Assembly: GCA_012729955.1 (NCBI GenBank)
Contig: JAAYBX010000020.1
Location: 88,414 to 152,413, forward strand
DNA: 64,000 nucleotides
Source: Clostridiaceae bacterium
GTDB lineage: Bacteria > Bacillota > Clostridia > DUPQ01
Direction of reading: 5' to 3'
Made by a program: the position numbers and the translations under genes. Below, piece by piece: positions 58,298-64,000 of the stretch. The notes beneath the pieces are model-generated. The model was given only the letters and a program-made list of their open reading frames with translations. It was not told the DNA's origin and searched no databases. Within the stretch, counting starts at the first letter, position 1. Every line of letters starts with the position of its first letter.

Positions 58298-58918
58298 TCA
58301 TTCCTTATCTTCTACATGCCCTTGAATCCGTTGTATTATCATGTCAAGGGCAACTAGATTATATCCGCCTTCTAAAACAATTATATCAGCATTTCTTTTA
58401 GAAGGTTCTACAAACTGCTCATGCATAGGTTTTACAGTTGATAAATATTGTGTCACTACAGAATCAAGGCTCCTACCTCTTTCCTTTACATCACGCAAAA
58501 TCCTTCTTAATATTCTGACATCTGGATCAGTATCGACATAAATTCTAATATTTATCATATTGAGCAGCTCAGGATTCTGGAATATAAGTATTCCTTCTAC
58601 AATTATTACTTTCGTCGGATTTATTTTACGTGTTTGTTTAGTCCTTGTATGTTCAGAAAAAGAATATATGGGGCATTCAATGCTGTAACCTTTTCTTAAC
58701 TGCTCAAGATGGGAAATGAGAAGATCGGTTTCAAAAGAATCAGGATGATCATAATTCGTCTTGACCCTCTCCTCGAAAGGTATATCATCTTGAGATCTGT
58801 AATAATTATCGTGGCTTATTACACTTACATCATTACCGAATCTTTCTTTGAGTCTGCTTGTAAGTGTTGTCTTTCCGCTTCCTGTCCCTCCTGCTATTCC
58901 AATAATAAGTAAATCCAT
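58298..58918 (-). CDS. udk: Uridine kinase
   Basis: IGIAGGTGSGKTT P-loop and YDHPDSFE. I prefer the start MDLLIIG, preceded by AAAGAGGA, over the ORF-track TTG at 58954. Confidence 0.9.
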   Translation of the reverse strand: MDLLIIGIAGGTGSGKTTLTSRLKERFGNDVSVISHDNYYRSQDDIPFEERVKTNYDHPDSFETDLLISHLEQLRKGYSIECPIYSFSEHTRTKQTRKINPTKVIIVEGILIFQNPELLNMINIRIYVDTDPDVRILRRILRDVKERGRSLDSVVTQYLSTVKPMHEQFVEPSKRNADIIVLEGGYNLVALDMIIQRIQGHVEDKE

Positions 58919-58950
58919 AATAAGTGTCCTCTTTAATATCCTCAGGTTAT

Positions 58951-59424
58951 TCAAGGTTCATCAAGTAATGTGTTGGGTCCGTAAAATCCTTCCGGTTGTA
59001 TATATGATATCGCTCTTTCATATATTCTGTATTTGTCCGATACATAGAAATTTCTCTTCTTACCGTCAAGCCGTGTTTCAAGGTAAACCGCCTTACTGCT
59101 TGGAATCGGAATTATTACTATATAGTTCATTTCATCCACTTCCACTGCAATTACTTCATTATCAGAATAATAGGGGATTTTGCGTACTCTGTCTCTCTCA
59201 CTGATTGTAAACAGTTTATTACACATTACTTCAAAATTCGCGCTATTAATCATTACTGTTTTATCGTCATAACGCGCTGTAGCACCATTTTGAATACCTT
59301 TGCTTGTAAATGACACAACATGCTTCTCATACTGGTAATAGTCAACTCTGGAGCCTATAAGGCATCCAAAAAACACAAGAGCTGCAAGGAACAATATAAG
59401 AATTATCCATGTAACATATTTCAT
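58951..59424 (-). CDS. Hypothetical single-pass membrane protein
   Basis: The preferred start MKYVTWIILILFLAALVFFGCL is preceded by AGGTGA and lies 4 nt after the upstream stop. No motif recognised. Confidence 0.5.
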   Translation of the reverse strand: MKYVTWIILILFLAALVFFGCLIGSRVDYYQYEKHVVSFTSKGIQNGATARYDDKTVMINSANFEVMCNKLFTISERDRVRKIPYYSDNEVIAVEVDEMNYIVIIPIPSSKAVYLETRLDGKKRNFYVSDKYRIYERAISYIQPEGFYGPNTLLDEP

Positions 59425-59428
59425 AACA

Positions 59429-59680
59429 TCACCTGAACCAGACATGTATGCAGAATAAAATGAATAAGAAACCAAATAGACCGATTATAAGGGCAACTGT
59501 AACACCAGCTAAAATAGCATAAAAAGTTACAGATAGTGTATCCTTAACTGATAAGGGCTGGCCTTTTTCATTATTCACATTCTGTTGTCTGACGCCTTTT
59601 TGATACCAGGGCATCCCTTCTACGTTCATAGGGGCTATTACCCTTCCATCATCATCGTCATACTTGTTTTTCTTTAACAT
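59429..59680 (-). CDS. Hypothetical small membrane protein (83 aa, C-terminal TM helices)
   Basis: The acidic/basic N-terminus (KYDDDDGRVIAPMNVEGMPWYQKG) is followed by hydrophobic FYAILAGVTVALIIGLFGFLFILFCI. It starts 2 nt after the ABC ATPase stop. Confidence 0.45.
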   Translation of the reverse strand: MLKKNKYDDDDGRVIAPMNVEGMPWYQKGVRQQNVNNEKGQPLSVKDTLSVTFYAILAGVTVALIIGLFGFLFILFCIHVWFR

Positions 59681-59682
59681 CT

Positions 59683-60702
59683 CTATTTGTCATAAAGATG
59701 ACAGCACACCACATGCCCGTTCCCCATATCTTTCGGTTTCGGGTTTTCAACCTTGCATCTGTCGAAGCAGTGTCTGCATCTTGTATGGAACTTGCATCCT
59801 GAAGGAGGATTTGCTGGAGAAGGTATACTTCCTTCTAGTATAATCCTCTTCATTTTGTAATCAGGATCAGGTACTGGTATTGCGCTGAATAACGCCTGTG
59901 TATAAGGATGAAGCGGTTCTTTGAATATATCCTTCTTAGTTCCTGTTTCAACCAAAGAACCCAGATACATTACTCCGATTGTATCAGATATATGTTCAAC
60001 AACAGACAAATCGTGAGAAATAAACAAATATGTAAGTCCGTATTTTTCCTGAAGGTCCATTAAAAGATTAATTATCTGTGCCTGTATCGAAACATCTAAA
60101 GCTGAAACAGGTTCATCACATACAACAAATTGCGGATTAAGAGCAAGAGCTCTGGCGATACATATTCTCTGCCTCTGACCACCTGAAAATTCGTGTGGAT
60201 ACCTGTCTTTATGATATGCCTGAAGACCGCAGGAGTTCATAATTGATGTTATATAATCATCAAATTTATCTTCAGGTACAAGCTTGTGCTCTCTGACAGC
60301 CTCACCAATAATTTCACCGACAGGAAGGCGCGGAGAAAGGCTTGAATACGGATCTTGGAATATTATCTGCATTTTAGGACGCATTTGAATCATTTCTTTT
60401 TTATTTTTATCAAATATTGACTCGCCTCCAAAGTACACTTCTCCATCTGTGTATGGCGTTAGCTTTAAGATAGTACGACCTACAGTTGTTTTACCGCATC
60501 CTGATTCTCCGACCAAACCCATAGTCTGACCTTTTTTAATATTAAATGAAACCCCATCAACAGCTTTAACATATCCAGTAATACGAGAAAATACACCTGT
60601 TTTAATTGGATAATATGTTCTTAAGGAATTAACTTGGAGAAGATATTTTTTATCAGGTTTTAAAGGTTCAAATTTATTTTCCTTTAACAGTTTACTTGCC
60701 AT
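59683..60702 (-). CDS. Opp/Dpp-type ABC transporter ATP-binding protein (OppF-like)
   Basis: Walker A GESGCGKTT, signature FSGGQRQR, Walker B VVCDEP, and a C-terminal Cys-rich oligopeptide-ABC tail (CKFHTRCRHCFDRC). Confidence 0.85.
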   Translation of the reverse strand: MASKLLKENKFEPLKPDKKYLLQVNSLRTYYPIKTGVFSRITGYVKAVDGVSFNIKKGQTMGLVGESGCGKTTVGRTILKLTPYTDGEVYFGGESIFDKNKKEMIQMRPKMQIIFQDPYSSLSPRLPVGEIIGEAVREHKLVPEDKFDDYITSIMNSCGLQAYHKDRYPHEFSGGQRQRICIARALALNPQFVVCDEPVSALDVSIQAQIINLLMDLQEKYGLTYLFISHDLSVVEHISDTIGVMYLGSLVETGTKKDIFKEPLHPYTQALFSAIPVPDPDYKMKRIILEGSIPSPANPPSGCKFHTRCRHCFDRCKVENPKPKDMGNGHVVCCHLYDK

Positions 60703-61867
60703 TTTGTTTAACCTCCTCGTCATTGTACAGATAACAGCTTACAAAATGAGTATCAGAAAGTTTTATCTCCCTTGGATAAGCTCCATTGCAGGCTTCTATA
60801 CATTTTTCACACCTATCCTTAAAATAACAATAATTTGGCATATTGATTGGATTAGGAACTTTCCCAGGTATACTGTATAATCTATCAACATCCTTATTTA
60901 CAACAGGTTTGCTTTCCATAAGTCCTATGGTATAAGGGTGTTTTGCATTCTTGAATATATCATTTGCAGTTCCTTTTTCCACTACCTTTCCTGCATACAT
61001 TACTACTACCATATCAGCCATTTCTGCAATAACGCCTAAATCGTGAGTGATGAGCATTATACTGCTGTTAATCTTATCTTTCAATGTTCTGAGAAGGTCA
61101 AGAATCTGTGCTTGTATTGTAACATCGAGAGCAGTTGTCGGTTCGTCAGCAATTATAAGGCTGGGGTTACATGCTAAAGCCATTGCTATCATGACTCTCT
61201 GTCTCATACCGCCTGATAATTCATGAGGATACATTTTGTATACTCCTTGCGAATTTGCTATACCTACAAGGTCGAGCATTTCGATTGTTCGTTTCTCTAT
61301 GTCTTCCTTCTGCATCTGAGGATTATGAAGAGCTATTACCTCATCAACCTGCATACCGATCCTGAAAACAGGATTCAGGCTTGTCATAGGTTCCTGGAAT
61401 ATCATGGATATCATATTACCCCTGATTTTTTGCATGAATTCAGTAGGAGCTTTTGCAATATCATATGCTACATCACCATTATTGAATCTTATCTCTCCTT
61501 CAACAGTCTGTCCTTGAGGCCGTTGAACCAACTGCATAATTGACAAGCTGGTAACTGATTTCCCACACCCGGATTCTCCTACAACACCAACTGTTTTACC
61601 CTTCTCTACATCAAATGATGCACCATCAACTGCTTTTACAGTACCAAGATCCGTAAAGAAATATGTATGTAAATTATCTATTTCCAATACATTATTAGGA
61701 TTCTTCATCTTAGTAGTATATTCTTCAACAGGGACATTTTTCCTGTTTTTCTTTTTTTCCAGCTCATCAGTAGTCCTTCTGTTTCTTCTAGAAATAGCTC
61801 TGGATTCTTTTGCTGAAAGGTAGTTTATGCTTTTTATTTTCTTATCGTCTTTTTTTCCAAGTTTCAT
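60692..61867 (-). CDS. Opp/Dpp-type ABC transporter ATP-binding protein (OppD-like) with basic N-terminal extension
   Basis: Walker A GESGCGKS, signature LSGGMRQR, and Walker B IIADEP. About 60 Lys/Arg-rich residues precede the ABC core. I prefer the start at ATG MKLGKK with AGGTGA SD. Confidence 0.85.
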   Translation of the reverse strand: MKLGKKDDKKIKSINYLSAKESRAISRRNRRTTDELEKKKNRKNVPVEEYTTKMKNPNNVLEIDNLHTYFFTDLGTVKAVDGASFDVEKGKTVGVVGESGCGKSVTSLSIMQLVQRPQGQTVEGEIRFNNGDVAYDIAKAPTEFMQKIRGNMISMIFQEPMTSLNPVFRIGMQVDEVIALHNPQMQKEDIEKRTIEMLDLVGIANSQGVYKMYPHELSGGMRQRVMIAMALACNPSLIIADEPTTALDVTIQAQILDLLRTLKDKINSSIMLITHDLGVIAEMADMVVVMYAGKVVEKGTANDIFKNAKHPYTIGLMESKPVVNKDVDRLYSIPGKVPNPINMPNYCYFKDRCEKCIEACNGAYPREIKLSDTHFVSCYLYNDEEVKQNGK

Positions 61868-61876
61868 TTTTCTCAC

Positions 61877-63709
61877 CTATCTTTTCATCTTAGGATCAAA
61901 TGCATCCCTAAGCCCGTCACCGACAAAGTTAAACCCAAGAACAGTGATAAGAATAAGCATGCCTGCAGGTATCCAGACAAACCAGTAATTCTGCAGTACA
62001 TAACTGTCGTTAACTGAGTTTACAATATTACCCCATGATGCATATGGATATTTAACACCAAGATTCAAGAAACTCAAAGTCGCTTCTGTAAGTATTATTC
62101 CTCCAAGACTCATTGTTGCATATACAATAAGCTGAGGAATGACATTTGGGACAAGATGCCTGAATATTCTTCTGGAAACAGACAGTCCTGTAGCCTCATT
62201 CGCAACCATAAATTCCTGTTCTCTAAGCGAAAGAATCTGGCCTCTTACTACTCTTGCTATACCTGGCCATCCGAAGATGCCAAGAATAATCATTAATAGA
62301 TAAATTCGGACACTCGGTTCAAGTTTCATAGTATCCAGAGCGGCACCTAATATGATATATATAGGCATTGTAGGTATACAGTTGAATATCTCAACAAGTC
62401 TCATAAGCAATGTATCAACCCAACCGCCGAAATATCCTGATAATCCTCCGATTATAATACCTATCAGCATTTCAATTAAAACAACAACAAATCCGATTGT
62501 TAAAGAAACTCTGCCGCCGTACATCAGCCTTACCATTAAATCCATTCCAGAACCATCAGTTCCTAACAGATGATCTGAACTAGGTGAGGCATAAGTGTCT
62601 ATAAGGTCAGTCATTTTATCTGTCCTTATAACATATTCCATATCATTTCTTTCAATAAGATATTCTATTGTCTCACTATTTTCATTAGTATACATAAAAG
62701 AGGAAAGGTTATTGAACATCGCTTCTTCGACAGCGTTTTTGTAATCAATTGATAAAAAGATATCTGCAGACGCAGGAGTAATAATCAGCTTCGTTATATT
62801 CGCAAAAGGTACCCTTTCAGAACCTGATAATTCATAAATCGTTCTTATTTCATCATGATACTCTATTTCATAGTTTTTCTGATTAACTGTCAAGAATTGC
62901 TCGTTTTCGCTTAAAGCTGTTTCGAAAGCATACTTCAAGCTAAAATCAGCTCTTACATTCTGCTCATACATGTCATATATATTCTTAGTTAAAAGAACAT
63001 GCTCTTCACCTGTGTAAATGATGCATTCTCTTCTTGACAAATCAAGGAAATATTCTTTCCCGCCAAATTCTATAAAATTAAGATTATTATCGATAGCCTT
63101 AAGTATTGTATTTTTAAAATTACTTGAAAAAACAAAAGTACTTTCTTCTCTAAAAACATAATCTCCAAGGATAATATCTACTTTACCGATTCTTTCTGTC
63201 CCGAAAAGCACTTGGGTATCATCAGATATCTTCTTTATTGCAAAAAGGATATTTTCCCCATTTATAGTTGTTGTAAATACACTTTTCCCATCTTTCAATG
63301 CTAATGCGAATGCCGCTTTATTAATCGATGTGAATTGATAACCTTCTTTAACTTCTTCATACCAGTTTTGATTTATAGTTGCTGATGCAAATTGTGAAGA
63401 AGTAATTTCCTTTTTATAGAATATTTTTGTTTCAGGATATGGATGCAGCCAACCTCCCACAAATGAAAATATAAACATTGCCAGTATAATAACAAGTCCT
63501 ATTATAGCAAGCCTGTTTCTAACAAATCTCTTGGCTACAAGCATGGCCGGAGAAATCATTTTTACTCTTTGCTCATCATCAAGGCTGTCAGAATGGCTTA
63601 TATGCTCGTTAATATTTGAACAGCTGTCAGTAAAAATCTCTTCTTCCTGGCAGTTTATTTGTTCCTCGTATTCAGGTATACCGTTATTTGGTAAATTATT
63701 GTCGCTCAT
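61877..63709 (-). CDS. OppC/DppC-type ABC permease with a roughly 290-aa insert after TM1
   Basis: The C-terminal half is a standard binding-protein-dependent permease (HLLGTDGSGMD...EAxxxxG-type loop SLREQEFMVANEATG, ending DPKMKR). Residues about 87-378 form a hydrophilic insert. Strong SD GGAAGGAGGAG. Confidence 0.8.
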   Translation of the reverse strand: MSDNNLPNNGIPEYEEQINCQEEEIFTDSCSNINEHISHSDSLDDEQRVKMISPAMLVAKRFVRNRLAIIGLVIILAMFIFSFVGGWLHPYPETKIFYKKEITSSQFASATINQNWYEEVKEGYQFTSINKAAFALALKDGKSVFTTTINGENILFAIKKISDDTQVLFGTERIGKVDIILGDYVFREESTFVFSSNFKNTILKAIDNNLNFIEFGGKEYFLDLSRRECIIYTGEEHVLLTKNIYDMYEQNVRADFSLKYAFETALSENEQFLTVNQKNYEIEYHDEIRTIYELSGSERVPFANITKLIITPASADIFLSIDYKNAVEEAMFNNLSSFMYTNENSETIEYLIERNDMEYVIRTDKMTDLIDTYASPSSDHLLGTDGSGMDLMVRLMYGGRVSLTIGFVVVLIEMLIGIIIGGLSGYFGGWVDTLLMRLVEIFNCIPTMPIYIILGAALDTMKLEPSVRIYLLMIILGIFGWPGIARVVRGQILSLREQEFMVANEATGLSVSRRIFRHLVPNVIPQLIVYATMSLGGIILTEATLSFLNLGVKYPYASWGNIVNSVNDSYVLQNYWFVWIPAGMLILITVLGFNFVGDGLRDAFDPKMKR

Positions 63710-63722
63710 TTTCTCCTCCTTC

Positions 63723-64000
63723 CTAGTTTACTCTGACTCTTGGGTCAACTACAGCATATAATATGTCGGAGATTAATGTACCGATCAGTGTAAGTGTCGC
63801 TAAGAATACCAGATAGAACATGGAAAATGGTATATCCCCTATTATCATTGCCTGATAAGCTGTAAAACCTATTCCTGGTATTGAGAAGAGCTGTTCGGTT
63901 ATCATAGCTCCTGCAAATAGTCCGGGTAAAGTTCCGCCAACAATTGTTACAATCGGAATCAAGGTATTTCTGAAAGCATGTTTATTTATTACCTTGTTTT
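63723..64000 (-). CDS. OppB/DppB-type ABC permease (partial; N-terminus beyond window end)
   Basis: The C-terminal sequence ...IPGIGFTAYQAMIIGD...LISDILYAVVDPRVRVN is typical of OppB-type permeases. The ORF continues past position 64000. Confidence 0.8.
   Translation of the reverse strand, partial: NKVINKHAFRNTLIPIVTIVGGTLPGLFAGAMITEQLFSIPGIGFTAYQAMIIGDIPFSMFYLVFLATLTLIGTLISDILYAVVDPRVRVN

Noticed and set aside
1-64000. CRISPR arrays, rRNA genes, retron/DGR-type reverse transcriptases, toxin-antitoxin pairs
   Set aside because: No regularly spaced direct repeats were seen, and no intergenic region is longer than about 385 nt. All such gaps are accounted for by the L-box, the T-box, the tRNA, the SCIFF locus or the duplicated leader. 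No RT, Cas or nuclease-type motifs were seen in the ORF track.

Overview
This is an AT-rich, gene-dense chromosomal segment that looks like a low-GC Firmicute of the class Clostridia. The assignment rests on gene neighbourhoods: abrB next to rsmI and a yabB-like gene, ireB-ruvX-DUF1292, rny with ymdB, and asd-dapA-dapB behind a lysine riboswitch. Most of the window is housekeeping: ftsQ/ftsZ, lspA, rluD, rny, rsmI, ruvX, mtaB, ygiQ, ftsK, asnA, a type III glutamine synthetase, thrS behind a T-box, cysK, mnmA, udk, uxaC, and an Opp/Dpp-type ABC importer. I saw no CRISPR array, rRNA, intact IS element, prophage or recognisable defence genes. There is one tRNA, tRNA-Leu(GAG). The points worth a second look come from reading outside or against the ORF track:

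1. An unlisted 51-codon six-cysteine SCIFF precursor sits next to its radical-SAM maturase. This plus-strand cassette splits the usual rny-ymdB pair.
2. A putative glycoside-hydrolase lipoprotein gene is interrupted by a single in-frame TAG, next to an IS5-like transposase stub.
3. A diverged copy of the promoter, leader and first codons of an SGNH hydrolase gene is repeated on both sides of an orphan 573-aa lipoprotein that has a two-fold internal repeat.
4. thrS is followed without gaps by a SEC-C protein, an HxxxD acyltransferase and a zinc-ribbon membrane protein.
5. Two URO-D-like paralogues have no corrinoid partner in the window.
6. An OppC-type permease carries a roughly 290-aa extracytoplasmic insert.

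All functional calls are motif recognition by eye. No database search was run.
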